This document shows, one piece after another, positions 1-8,178 of a DNA stretch of 64,000 bases. Numbering within the stretch: position 1 is the first letter of the stretch; every line of letters begins with the position of its first letter. Source of the stretch: an uncultured Chloroflexia bacterium (GTDB lineage: Bacteria > Chloroflexota > Limnocylindria > Limnocylindrales > CSP1-4); assembly GCA_963715295.1 (NCBI GenBank), contig CAVQRP010000006.1, positions 155,585-219,584 on the forward strand. Reading direction: 5' to 3'. The position numbers and the translations under genes were made by a program. The notes below the pieces were generated by a model. It had not been told where the DNA came from and did not search any database. It saw only the letters and a list, made by a program, of their open reading frames with translations.

Positions 1-185
1 CCTTCGGCGGGATGTGGATCTGGAACGAGGCCGACGCACGTCGCCTCGTCGAGGACGCGGGCTTCGTTGATGTCTCGGTCACCTATGACGACGTTCGCGG
101 CGAGTGGACTGGACCGGTCAGCCTCCTCAACCGCCTGATGACGCTGGAGGGCATGCGCATCGTGCGGGGTACGAAGTCGGGGTAG
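1..185 (+). CDS. class I SAM-dependent methyltransferase, C-terminal fragment (5' end lies outside the window)
   Basis: Open frame 3 from the window edge to TAG at 183-185. The tail ...EADARRLVEDAGFVDVSVTYDD... resembles the C-terminus of the methyltransferase at 11554-12196 (...RRRLVEEAGFTDVDVSV...). Confidence 0.5.
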   Translation, partial: FGGMWIWNEADARRLVEDAGFVDVSVTYDDVRGEWTGPVSLLNRLMTLEGMRIVRGTKSG

Positions 186-256
186 GCCGCGCCGCTCGGA
201 CGACGCGCGCGGTGTCGGAAACCGCCATCGACGGTACCGACGAAAGGAGACCAGGC

Positions 257-955
257 ATGGAGACCGAGAACTGGTATCTCGAGCACAAGTCGGGGCTCAT
301 GCGACAGGTGAGGTTCGCTCTCCGGCACTACAGGAAGCACCTCGTCGCGACCTACGGCAAGGCGGAAGGGGAGGCGATCGCACGGGAATCGCTCCAGGGC
401 TTCGAGGTCCTGCTTCCGGAGATCCCGTACATCGGCGGTGATGAGAACCGCTACACGAAGAACCTGTACCTCACCGCAGCCATGCTGGCGATGTATCGAT
501 CGCTCCAGGCACGCGGGACATCCGTCGAGGAAGCCGCCCGGCTCATCTATCTCGGGACGGCGAGCTTCTTCAACAGCTTCCCGACGCGCTGGCTCATGCG
601 CTGGCAGGGCCGACGGATGCTCGGTCCGAAACGCATCGAGCAGCTACGACGCGATGCCGCCCGCAGCCAGGAGCGCCGCTATCCCGACGACTGGGTGTTC
701 GAGTTCGTCGAAGGGGACGGACACGACTGCGAGATGAGGATGGACTTCAGCGAGTGTGGGATCGTCAAGTACCTCGACCGTGAAGGCGCCCCCGAGCTCG
801 CTCCGTACCTCTGCTGGATCGACTATCCCCAGTTCGCCGCGCTGCGCCTGCGGCTCGACCGGACCGAGACGCTCGCCCAGGGTGGGCGGTGTTGCGACTT
901 CCGGGTGAGCCGAGGGCAGCCGGTGCACGTCGAGCCGGAGTTCCTGCATGCCTGA
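257..955 (+). CDS. L-2-amino-thiazoline-4-carboxylic acid (ATC) hydrolase-like family protein
   Basis: ATG at 257 lies 6 nt after the RBS AAAGGAGA and is in frame with track ORF 104..955. Motifs PYIGGDEN, ERRYPDDW, ECGIVKYL, YLCWIDYP and CDFRV. Clear paralog of the C-terminal half of 13026-14522. Confidence 0.7.
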   Translation: METENWYLEHKSGLMRQVRFALRHYRKHLVATYGKAEGEAIARESLQGFEVLLPEIPYIGGDENRYTKNLYLTAAMLAMYRSLQARGTSVEEAARLIYLGTASFFNSFPTRWLMRWQGRRMLGPKRIEQLRRDAARSQERRYPDDWVFEFVEGDGHDCEMRMDFSECGIVKYLDREGAPELAPYLCWIDYPQFAALRLRLDRTETLAQGGRCCDFRVSRGQPVHVEPEFLHA

Positions 956-1631
956 CCCCGGTGCGGCAGGGACTCTGGGCGGCGGCTCGATCACCGTCGA
1001 GGAGATCAAGCAGTCGGACGCACGCGAGGCGGTCCACGTGCTGGCGCTGAGCTTCGCGGACGAACCTGCGCTGAGCCACATCCTGGGGAGCTCGACACGG
1101 CGACGCTACCGCGTGCTCGTCCCGTTCATGTGGGCTGGGCTACGCAGCTATCCCGGTTCGACCGAGATCCACGGCGCATGGCTCGGCGGTCGACTCGTCG
1201 GCGTCGGTCTGCGCATGCCACCAGGCGCCTGGCCGCTCCGTCGGTCGCAGGAGCTGCGGGGCATGGTCTGGGGACTCCTCGGGTCGCTGCCGATGCTCGT
1301 CGCGTTCCCGCAAGCGATGCGGGTGTTCCCTCGCATGGCGGAGCAGCAGCGCCGACACCCGACCGACCGACCGCACTGGTATCTCTGGTGTGTGGGTGTG
1401 CACCCCTCGTTCCGGCGTCGTGGTGTTGCCTCGGCGCTGGCCCGGTTCGTCATCGACAAGGCCGATGCCGACGGCGTGGGCTGCTACCTCGAGACGTACG
1501 GCGACGGGACCGAGGCCCTGTACCGTCGCTTGGGCTTCGATGTGCGGGACCGCTGGGAGATCGGCCCGGGAGCACCGCCGGCCCGCACGATGTGGCGAGA
1601 GCCCTCGTCGGCCAAAGCGGACTTGACGTAG
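948..1631 (+). CDS. GNAT family N-acetyltransferase
   Basis: 227-aa ORF whose ATG overlaps the upstream stop (ATGCCTGA). Acetyl-CoA binding-type motif VHPSFRRRGVASAL and a C-terminal YRRLGF. Confidence 0.75.
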   Translation: MPDPGAAGTLGGGSITVEEIKQSDAREAVHVLALSFADEPALSHILGSSTRRRYRVLVPFMWAGLRSYPGSTEIHGAWLGGRLVGVGLRMPPGAWPLRRSQELRGMVWGLLGSLPMLVAFPQAMRVFPRMAEQQRRHPTDRPHWYLWCVGVHPSFRRRGVASALARFVIDKADADGVGCYLETYGDGTEALYRRLGFDVRDRWEIGPGAPPARTMWREPSSAKADLT

Positions 1632-1708
1632 CGTTCACTGCTTCCGTCGATGGGGGACATCGCATGAGGCCAGGGGTCTCAGACGTCGTGCCAGGTGCGT
1701 GTCGGGGC

Positions 1709-1796
1709 TATCGTGCGATCGGAGCGCTGTAGGCTTTCTTTCTGAGCGTGATGTCCGAAGCGGCGAAGGCCTCGGTCATTGTGCGGTTCGCGAGCA
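1709..1796 (+). repeat. array repeat copy A (both arms present; promoter and tRNA-Pro segment deleted)
   Basis: Left core TATCGTGCGATCGGAGCGCTGTAGGC is joined after 8 nt to the right-arm sequence TGAGCGTG...GAAGCGGCGAAGGCCTCGGTCATTGTGCGGTTCGCGAGC. Confidence 0.8.
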
Positions 1797-1982
1797 CGAA
1801 ATCGTCCGACGCAGGCCTTGCCCAGCTGGCGCCCATGGTGCAGGGGTAGCGCAGCCTGCCACTTGTATCCGATCGCTGGGGTCCGGTGTATCAGTCCCGT
1901 GTCGCCTTCTCGAAGGCCGTCAGGAAGACCTCCCAGCCGGCATCGTCCAGGGGCGTGTGCGCGAGCATCGGGTACGTATGGC

Positions 1983-2010
1983 TTGCGATGCTGCCAATTG
2001 GTGCTAGCAT
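1983..2010 (+). promoter_or_regulatory. putative sigma-70-type promoter of the mazEF-like cassette (probably a leaderless mRNA)
   Basis: TTGCGA (1983-1988), a 16-nt spacer containing the palindrome CCAATTGG and an extended TGc, then TAGCAT (2005-2010). The ATG at 2017 lies 6 nt after the -10 element. Confidence 0.45.
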
Positions 2011-2016
2011 ATCGCG

Positions 2017-2226
2017 ATGGCATCGACAAGAAGCACGTTCACCATCGACCGAGCACTGGCCCAGCGTGCGCGCCACCTCGGGGTCAATGTCTCCGCGGCT
2101 GCTCGTGACGGCGTCGAGGCGGCGGTGCGAACGGCGATGGCGCGAGCAGACCGGGATGCCTACCGCAAACGACCCGAGCGACCGGATCCGTTCTGGTCTG
2201 ATGTCGAAGCCTGGAGCGAGGAGTGA
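2017..2226 (+). CDS. type II antitoxin (ribbon-helix-helix / MazE-like)
   Basis: 69-aa ORF that overlaps the downstream MazF-like gene by 4 nt. The N-terminus STFTIDRALAQRARHLGVNVSAAARDG is typical of RHH antitoxins. Confidence 0.7.
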   Translation: MASTRSTFTIDRALAQRARHLGVNVSAAARDGVEAAVRTAMARADRDAYRKRPERPDPFWSDVEAWSEE

Positions 2227-2531
2227 TACGGGGCGAGATCTGGTACGCGGAGGTCGGACGCAAGCGGCGGCCCGTGCTGATCTTGACTCGGACGGAGGTC
2301 ATCGACGTCCGTGCATTGGTGACCGTGGCGGAGGTGACCACGTCCATCCGCGGCATCGCCGCGGAAGTCGAGTTCGACGACGAGGAGGCCGGCCTCGACC
2401 GATCATCGGTCGTCAACTGCGATGGACTGCACACGATCACCAGGACCTCGCTGACGACGTACGTCGGCTCGGTCAGCGAAGCGACGATGGAGCGCGTCTG
2501 TTCGGCGATCGGCTACGCCCTGGGTTGTTGA
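2223..2531 (+). CDS. mazF: MazF/PemK family endoribonuclease toxin
   Basis: 102 aa. RGEIWYAEVGRKRRPVLILT... and ...SVVNCDGLHTI match the PemK/MazF fold signature. Coupled to the upstream antitoxin. Confidence 0.8.
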   Translation: MIRGEIWYAEVGRKRRPVLILTRTEVIDVRALVTVAEVTTSIRGIAAEVEFDDEEAGLDRSSVVNCDGLHTITRTSLTTYVGSVSEATMERVCSAIGYALGC

Positions 2532-2619
2532 GCGGCCAGCAGCACCGGCGGCGGACTTGGAGCATTGGTCCGTGGCAGATGGCATCTGCAACGGGTCGTA
2601 CCTCGGGAGTCCATCGAGC

Positions 2620-2830
2620 GTGTCGGTTGTGATACGAGCGCTGCAGGCCCATCGGTGTCGCTATCGAAGCGGGCTGTGCACCCCATCCACGCAGGGACTT
2701 CGTCGGGGTGTAGCGCGGCGGTAGCGCACATGCTTTGGGAGCCCACGAGGGGTTTGCGGTGAAGGCTCAGGGGTCCCACGCACGATGGGCTGAGCGGCGA
2801 AGGCCTCGATCATCGTGCGGTTCGCGAGCG
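2620..2830 (+). repeat. array repeat copy B (contains a tRNA-Pro 5' fragment at 2704-2742)
   Basis: Degenerate left core (GATACGAGCGCTGCAGGCCC), GTCGCTATCG box, and tRNA nt 1-39 with 2 D-loop differences. Then GGTTTGCGGTGAAGGCTCAGGGGTCC...GAGCGGCGAAGGCCTCGATCATCGTGCGGTTCGCGAGCG. Confidence 0.9.
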
Positions 2831-2928
2831 TCGTCCGCCCTCCTGCATGCAGCCATCGTGCGGTGCGAGGACCTTCGACTCACTGTCGTCAGCTCACAGA
2901 TACTGTGAGACTGCGTTACTGTGACACG

Positions 2929-3168
2929 ATGAAGAACATCACTGTCTCTGTACCTGACGACGTCTATCGCGCCGCTCGCATCCGAGCCGCGGAGGAGGGC
3001 CGATCAGTCAGTGGCATGGTCGCGACCTACCTGCGCTCGCTTTCCTACGATGACGCCGAGTTCTCGCGGTTGGAAGCGCAGCAGCGTCGCATCCAAGGTC
3101 AGATCACGCGCTTCCGAGCGATGGACCGCCTGACGCGCGATGAGGTTCACGAACGTGCGCTTCGTTGA
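2929..3168 (+). CDS. ribbon-helix-helix (CopG/VapB-like) antitoxin
   Basis: Internal ATG of track ORF 2815..3168. MKNITVSVPDDVYRAARIRAAEEGRSVSGMV is a typical RHH N-terminus. Direct repeats TACTGTGA x2 lie just upstream and could be an operator. Confidence 0.7.
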   Translation: MKNITVSVPDDVYRAARIRAAEEGRSVSGMVATYLRSLSYDDAEFSRLEAQQRRIQGQITRFRAMDRLTRDEVHERALR

Positions 3169-3571
3169 CACGAACATCCTCTTGTACGCGATCTCACGCG
3201 ACCCGGCGGAGGAGGGCAAAGCGATGATCGCGAACGAGATCATCGACGGTGGTGAGATCGGCCTGTCGGTGCAGGTCCTGCAGGAGTTCTACGTCCAAGC
3301 GACCCGGGCAACTCGAGAAGACGCCATCACCCACGATGAGGCAGCCGGACTGGTCGAGGCTTGGTGTCGGTTCCCGGCGCAGGTCACGAGTCTCGATGTG
3401 ATGCGAGCGGCGCTGTCGACTCGGAGTCGCTTCGGCATCTCCTACTGGGACGCGGCGATCCTCGAGGCCGCTCGTGCCCTTGGATGTTCAGTGGTGTTGT
3501 CCGAAGATCTCGACGATGCCACCGACTACGAGGGCATCCGCGTGGAGGACCCCTTCCGACACGCTGCCTGA
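3140..3571 (+). CDS. vapC: PIN-domain ribonuclease toxin VapC
   Basis: 143 aa with FVDTNILLYA (first acidic PIN residue) and WDAAILEAA motifs. Overlaps the antitoxin 3' end. A GTG at 3155 is an alternative start. Confidence 0.8.
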   Translation: MRFTNVRFVDTNILLYAISRDPAEEGKAMIANEIIDGGEIGLSVQVLQEFYVQATRATREDAITHDEAAGLVEAWCRFPAQVTSLDVMRAALSTRSRFGISYWDAAILEAARALGCSVVLSEDLDDATDYEGIRVEDPFRHAA

Positions 3572-3581
3572 AGGCCGTCGA

Positions 3582-4145
3582 TCACCACCCCTCGAGCGGT
3601 CGCACCGAGCGCATGGCGGCGGTCGCCTCGTCCATGTCGAAGACTGTCGGGTCGAAGTCCAGCGGCGCCCATTCGCGCAGGTGGTCGAGCTCGGGATGTG
3701 CGGGATCCGACAGCGCGTCAAGCAGGTCCTCGTAGCCCATTGGCCCCCCGCAATCCTCGGGCGGGCAAGCCATGCTTCCGGCCAGGCAGTTCGGACCATT
3801 GAAGTCCGACCGCTGCGGGCTGATTTCCTCGACCACGACGTCGTGCTCCCAGCCATCGCCGAAGTCGTAGTCCCATCGCAGCTTCGAGCCCACGCCGGGC
3901 AGTACATCATGTAGCTGAAACGCGCGTTCGTCGAGGTCATCGTCGGGCCACTCGGGGTCGGGCATCGCGTACTTGGCATCAGCGCCTTCGAAGGCGTGCA
4001 GGTGTCCACCGAGCCAGCCCATCGCTGCCTCCAGGATGGCTGCCAGCTCAGCCAGGTCGATGTCGGAGCGAACCGTGATCCGTCGCCACACCGGCGGCTT
4101 CACCGACCTCAGGGTGATCTTCAGCTGGTAGACGGTGTCCTCCAT
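3582..4145 (-). CDS. plasmid pRiA4b ORF-3 family protein
   Basis: Start MEDTVYQLKITLRSVKPPVWRRI (ATG at 4145). Hallmarks YDFGDGWEH and CPPEDCGG. This family is typical of mobile-DNA contexts. Confidence 0.8.
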   Translation of the reverse strand: MEDTVYQLKITLRSVKPPVWRRITVRSDIDLAELAAILEAAMGWLGGHLHAFEGADAKYAMPDPEWPDDDLDERAFQLHDVLPGVGSKLRWDYDFGDGWEHDVVVEEISPQRSDFNGPNCLAGSMACPPEDCGGPMGYEDLLDALSDPAHPELDHLREWAPLDFDPTVFDMDEATAAMRSVRPLEGW

Positions 4146-4274
4146 GTCGTCTCCTGGTCGGCGATGGCTACTCAGCCTGACTGATCGACTGTGTCGTCCC
4201 GCGCCATTGTGGCTGCTCGACGCAACCCGACCAGCGTATGCTCGTCGCTCAGCGCTTGGCTTAGTAGCCGCGTC

Positions 4275-4347
4275 ACAGCGGCATTCGAGCGCTGTAGGCC
4301 CCTCTGTGTCGCTATCGGGACGCCCGCCGCAGAGTGTTCCGGGAGCC
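4275..4347 (+). repeat. array repeat copy B2 (left arm plus collapsed tRNA fragment; right arm missing)
   Basis: GCGGCATTCGAGCGCTGTAGGCCCCTCTGTGTCGCTATCGGGACGCCCGC, followed by CGCAGAGTGTTCCGGGAGCC, a collapsed version of GCGCAGAGGTAGCGCACATGCTTTGGGAGCC. Confidence 0.7.
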
Positions 4348-4367
4348 CTTCGAGCCACGCCACCTGG

Positions 4368-4766
4368 TCACTCGCGAGGGAACACCTCTACCGAAGCCGC
4401 GTGACCGGGCTCGCGAGCGAGTCGGGCATCGCAGGTGACCAGCGGTGCACCGAGGGCCTCCGCGAGTGCCAGGAACGCCGCGTCATAGGCCGTCACGTTG
4501 TGGCGAAGCTCCCACATGCGGTCCGCGAGAGAGACGTGTGGGTAGCGCACGATCGTCAGATTCCCGAAGTCCATCCGTGCGTCGGCGGCGCGATCGTCAT
4601 TGATCGCTCCGGCGACCACGAGGCGACGCAGCGCATGCTGGAACTCCACATCGATCAGGTGCGGAGCATGCAGGTCGCCGTCGTTGATGACACGGTCGAC
4701 AAGACGTGCAACTCGGGGCTGGCCCGCCAGAACGCCGATGACGGCCGACGTATCGACCACGATCAC
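4368..4766 (-). CDS. vapC: PIN-domain ribonuclease toxin VapC
   Basis: 132 aa with MIVVDTSAVIGVL (PIN N-terminal acidic motif) and AYDAAFLALAEALGAPLVTCD. Overlaps the upstream antitoxin gene by 4 nt. Confidence 0.85.
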   Translation of the reverse strand: MIVVDTSAVIGVLAGQPRVARLVDRVINDGDLHAPHLIDVEFQHALRRLVVAGAINDDRAADARMDFGNLTIVRYPHVSLADRMWELRHNVTAYDAAFLALAEALGAPLVTCDARLAREPGHAASVEVFPRE

Positions 4767-4993
4767 GGGCGATCGCGACCCGAGCGTACGGCTCCAACGA
4801 TGAGGTCGATATCGGCGCCGCCCGAGCGGGATCCCGCGCGAACGATCACATCAGCGACAGGCGGACGCTCCGCCAGGCGCGTGATGTCCCTGAGCAGGTA
4901 ATCCGACAGTGACGTCCCAGCCGCGGCCGCCCGGGCACGCAGGGTCCGGTGGACATCGTCAGGCACGTTGCGAATCTGTATCGAGTGACTCAT
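4763..4993 (-). CDS. vapB: VapB/FitA-like ribbon-helix-helix antitoxin
   Basis: Internal ATG (4993) of track ORF 4763..5044. MSHSIQIRNVPDDVHRTLRARAAAAGTSLSDYL is typical of RHH antitoxins partnered with VapC. Confidence 0.75.
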   Translation of the reverse strand: MSHSIQIRNVPDDVHRTLRARAAAAGTSLSDYLLRDITRLAERPPVADVIVRAGSRSGGADIDLIVGAVRSGRDRP

Positions 4994-5003
4994 GCGGGTG
5001 ATG

Positions 5004-5057
5004 ATACACCCGAGTTGGGTGTATGACATGGTATCCGCATGCACGTGCGTACATGCG
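5004..5057. promoter_or_regulatory. palindromic operator-like sites upstream of vapBC
   Basis: Perfect inverted repeat ATACACCC-gagtt-GGGTGTAT (5004-5024), plus CCGCATG-n10-CATGCGG (about 5033-5057), directly upstream of the minus-strand vapB start. Confidence 0.45.
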
Positions 5058-5325
5058 GCGCCTCCGCACTTAAATCAGCGGCGGCTGACGATGCGCTCTG
5101 GTCGGTCATCTAGACGATCGCTACTTCGACAAGCTCCGATCGGCGTCCCCGTGAGTCTCCTGCTCGTCCGGGGCTGATGCTGCTCGAGGCCATGCCGCAG
5201 GCCCTCGGCGTCGCCAGCTGACCATCCTCCGTGAGCGCCAGGGCAGCGACCGCGCCGAGGTCGCGGGCATCGATGAACGCTCATCGATCTCCCTTCTGTC
5301 ATGCGTCTTCCGCTGAAGTGGCAGG

Positions 5326-5542
5326 TTATCGTGCGGTTCGAGCGCCGTAGGTCCATCTGTGTCGCTATCGGGGCGCCCGTGTGTACCCTAGTCCACGCAC
5401 GGATACCGTCGGGGTGTAGCGCAGAGGTAGCGCACATGCTTTGGGAGCCTACGACCGGTTTGCGGTGCAGGCTCCGGGGTCTCGAGCGTGGACCGCGAAG
5501 CGGCGAAGGCGTCGATCATCGTGCGGTTCACGAATGTGAGCG
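5326..5542 (+). repeat. array repeat copy C (contains a tRNA-Pro 5' fragment at 5410-5448)
   Basis: Complete unit: TTATCGTGCGGTTCGAGCGCCGTAGG, GTCGCTATCG, GTGTGTACCCTAG, and 39/39 identity to tRNA nt 1-39. The right arm ends ATCATCGTGCGGTTCACGAATGTGAGCG. Confidence 0.9.
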
Positions 5543-5732
5543 TGTTCGGTGATCACCGCTGCGCGGCCGCACGTCACCGGGTTCGCCAACTCGGCCGATT
5601 CGAGCTCAGTCTCACGGGTACAGACCACTGAGGTGCTGACGTGTTCGGGCACGCTCGGCCCCGGCCATCCTTGAGTTCGGCAAACGGCAGGTCCTCGGTC
5701 CAGATCCGAGTGTCGGCTCCAGCGACTTGAAC

Positions 5733-5762
5733 GAAGAAGCCGGCCGCTAGGCCGGCTTCTTT
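5733..5762 (-). terminator. stem-loop terminator downstream of 5808-6311
   Basis: GAAGAAGCCGGCC-gcta-GGCCGGCTTCTT(T) is a perfect 12-13 bp stem, with short T/A-rich flanks on both strands. Confidence 0.55.
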
Positions 5763-5807
5763 CATCGAGATGCGCTGGCGGAAGGCCTGCGCATCGGTGT
5801 TGGCCGA

Positions 5808-6311
5808 TCAGGCCTCGGCGGGAGCCTCGGTCTCCTCCGGAGCTGCCTCGGCAACAGCATCCAGGGCCTCGTCGGTCACGTCGATGGCTTCTACCGAGCC
5901 ACCGAGCTCAGCGAGCTTGCCGGTGATCGCACCAGCCTCTGCGGCGGTCGCCAGGACCCCGACGGCTGCCTTGCCGCCGGTCAGCTCCGCGCCGATACGG
6001 GCCTTGTCCGCATCGCTCATGCCCAGACCCTTGTGATGGAAGGCGCCAAGGATCCCGCCGCCGACCACGCCAGCCAGCAACGCCGGGGGCGCCACGACCG
6101 CGAGGAGGAGGCCGATGCCGGCGCCCTTTGCCTTGCTGCGCGAGCCCATCTTGTGGGTCTTCAGCCCACCCTTGTCGTCAAGGACGAGCACGCCGATCGA
6201 GGTGAGCTTCACCTCGTCGCTTGCCTTGTCCCACGCCTTCAGCGACTCGACCGCCGCGTCCGCAGCAGCCTCGTCCGCAAAGACCCCTAAGACCACCTGG
6301 TTCTCAGCCAT
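5808..6311 (-). CDS. DUF1269-like membrane protein
   Basis: 167 aa. N-terminal VVLGVFADEAAADAAVESLKAW domain, a glycine-zipper TM segment (GAGIGLLLAVVAPPALLAGVVGGGILGA), then GMSDADKARIGAELTGGKAAVGVL. This architecture is typical of DUF1269. Confidence 0.65.
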   Translation of the reverse strand: MAENQVVLGVFADEAAADAAVESLKAWDKASDEVKLTSIGVLVLDDKGGLKTHKMGSRSKAKGAGIGLLLAVVAPPALLAGVVGGGILGAFHHKGLGMSDADKARIGAELTGGKAAVGVLATAAEAGAITGKLAELGGSVEAIDVTDEALDAVAEAAPEETEAPAEA

Positions 6312-6483
6312 GTTTGTTGCTCCTTCGATATGTCGTTAGTGCGACGGAGGATATTTCCGTTGCGCGACTCGACCGGCGGCCGAGGCGCTGTGCGCGATGA
6401 GCTGATCCCAATCGAGCGGAACCTCAAGACTACCCCCTGCGCCGCGATGACGACGCCAGGTGCCAGCAGACGGATCGTGCTGA

Positions 6484-7116
6484 CTACTCTTCTGGTCGGA
6501 GGCTCTGGCAGGTCTCGTCGTTCTTGATCGCGGTGCTGAGCTCGTTGGCAGGCTCGAGTTGCCGGATTTGGTGGAACGTTTGCTTGGCATCCTTGAGCAA
6601 CCCCTCGATGTCGCCCTTGATCTCATCGACACCGGTCGCGATCCCTTCGGCACCCGAGCCGCCGAGTGCTTCGGCTGCGCTCTTGATGTCCCCAACGCCG
6701 ACTTGAACGTCGCTGGTCAGTTGCACGAGGTCATCTTTCGCCTTGTTGCCGTCGTCCGTCTCGGGTGCGCCGATGGCTCCGAGCTGATCGGCGAGGTCCT
6801 TGGTCGCTTGCTCGGCGTCAGCGAACCCTTGTGACAGCGCGTCCCTTGAGATGCCGTTCTTGATATCGGCCGCGATGGTCTTGACCGAGTCTTCCCACGT
6901 CGCGATGGCACCGCACACATCGCTTGCCCACACGGCCGCCGTGGTGGCCTCCTGGGTCGCGGCGGGCTGAGTCGTGGTCGCAGCAGTCGTGGCCGCCGCC
7001 GCCTGCGTCGCCTCGCTGTCAACACCGCTGCATGCCACGATCAGCAGCGTGGCGCTCGCGGCCAGAGCCAGCAACTGCACCGGAAGGCGCACTCGTACTC
7101 GTTGTGTCATCTCCAC
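6484..7116 (-). CDS. secreted lipoprotein, function unknown
   Basis: 210 aa. Signal peptide with lipobox LLIVAC, a Thr/Ala-rich linker, then a helical acidic domain. Confidence 0.65.
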   Translation of the reverse strand: MEMTQRVRVRLPVQLLALAASATLLIVACSGVDSEATQAAAATTAATTTQPAATQEATTAAVWASDVCGAIATWEDSVKTIAADIKNGISRDALSQGFADAEQATKDLADQLGAIGAPETDDGNKAKDDLVQLTSDVQVGVGDIKSAAEALGGSGAEGIATGVDEIKGDIEGLLKDAKQTFHQIRQLEPANELSTAIKNDETCQSLRPEE

Positions 7117-7206
7117 CCCTCCTCATCATCTTCCTACAGGCGCAGCGCGCTCTCACTGGCCTCGTTGACGATGGGACTTGGAGGACCACGTGTCGATGGG
7201 CCGGCC

Positions 7207-7432
7207 AGCCCCTACCGCGGAGAGCTTTCATGGACGCGGCCGGAATGCAGTCCAGGAAGACCTCCACGCAGCGCATCAGGTCGAGGTTGCCGAAGAGCTT
7301 CTGCGACGTCTCTGACGATGGCACACCACCGCTGAAGTCAAACGTACCCAGGCTGGTCTCCACACGATCTGGGGTCGTGATCCTGGACGGGATCGGCGTG
7401 TTGCAGCCCTTGGGGATGTCGACGTTGCTCAT
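7207..7432 (-). pseudogene. N-terminal fragment of a DUF1254/DUF1214-family gene
   Basis: MSNVDIPKGCNTPIPSRITTPDRVETSLGTFDFSGGVPSSETSQKLFGNLDLMRCVEVFLDCIPAASMKALRG resembles the first ~75 aa of ~450-aa DUF1254 proteins. Similarity is lost after that, and the lipoprotein gene starts at 7116. Confidence 0.45.
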
Positions 7433-7633
7433 GGGGTCCTTCCAGCTCGTGCGCGTGCCGGCAGGGTGCTGCTTCGGGTTTCTGAGGGGCCGGAGAGCGA
7501 GGCGCAACCCTTCATCGCATCTTGCCAGAGCCCGTCTCGTCGCTTTGGTCCAGCTGGCGAGCCACAGAGATCGCGCGATCGGGCCCCGGCACTCGGCCGA
7601 CGGGCCAGGTGTGTCGAGGACGGCGTCGATCGG

Positions 7634-7840
7634 CGGCGGTTCACCTTCGAGCGCTGCAGGCCCCCTGCTATCGCTTGAGGGCCGCGCTGTGTACCCTAGT
7701 CACGCACGACCTCGTCGGGGTGTAGCGCAGAGGTAGCGCACATGCTTTGGGAGCCTTCGGGGGGTACGGCGCAGGCTCCGGGGTCCTGAGCGTGGTGGAT
7801 GGAGCGGCGAAGGCGTCGATTATTGTGTGGTTCGTGAGCG
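7634..7840 (+). repeat. array repeat copy D (contains a tRNA-Pro 5' fragment at 7716-7754)
   Basis: Left core CGGCGGTTCACCTTCGAGCGCTGCAGGCCCCC, GCTATCG box, GTGTACCCTAG, and 39/39 tRNA identity. The right arm ends GATTATTGTGTGGTTCGTGAGCG. Confidence 0.9.
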
Positions 7841-7929
7841 TGCGAGCCCAGAGATCTGCCTCGCACAGATCTATGGTCCTGTACGCTCGTCCCCTGTGCT
7901 AAGGTGACTACCTTGGTGACCACTTAGGC

Positions 7930-8178
7930 ATGAGGTACGACATGGCGGAGATCGGTATCAAGGAACTGAAGGCGACCACCTCATCGGTCATCGACGAGGT
8001 CGAAAGCGGCTCTGCCTACGTCGTCACACGGCGCGGCCGACCTGCCGCGGTTCTCTTGCCGGTCGACGAGGCCGAGGACCTCGTTCTTGCCAATGCCGAC
8101 GAGTTTGTCCGCCAGCGTCGACTCGCCCGCGCTGACTACGCCAAGCGGCGGACGGTCAGGCTGGAGGACATCGACTGA
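7930..8178 (+). CDS. Phd/YefM family antitoxin
   Basis: 82 aa with IGIKELKATTSSVIDEVESGSAYVVTRRGRPAAVLLPVDE. An alternative start is at 7942. Inverted repeat AGATCTG-n7-CAGATCT and GGTGAC direct repeats lie upstream. Confidence 0.8.
   Translation: MRYDMAEIGIKELKATTSSVIDEVESGSAYVVTRRGRPAAVLLPVDEAEDLVLANADEFVRQRRLARADYAKRRTVRLEDID

Noticed and set aside
150-200. ATCGTGCGGGGTACGAAGTCGGGGTAGGCCGC at the end of the first methyltransferase gene superficially resembles a compressed repeat (core, GTAC.., then GTCGGGGT.TAG).
   Set aside because: It is only about 30 nt and lies inside a coding frame, with no other arm elements. It is too short to separate from chance in GC-rich DNA.
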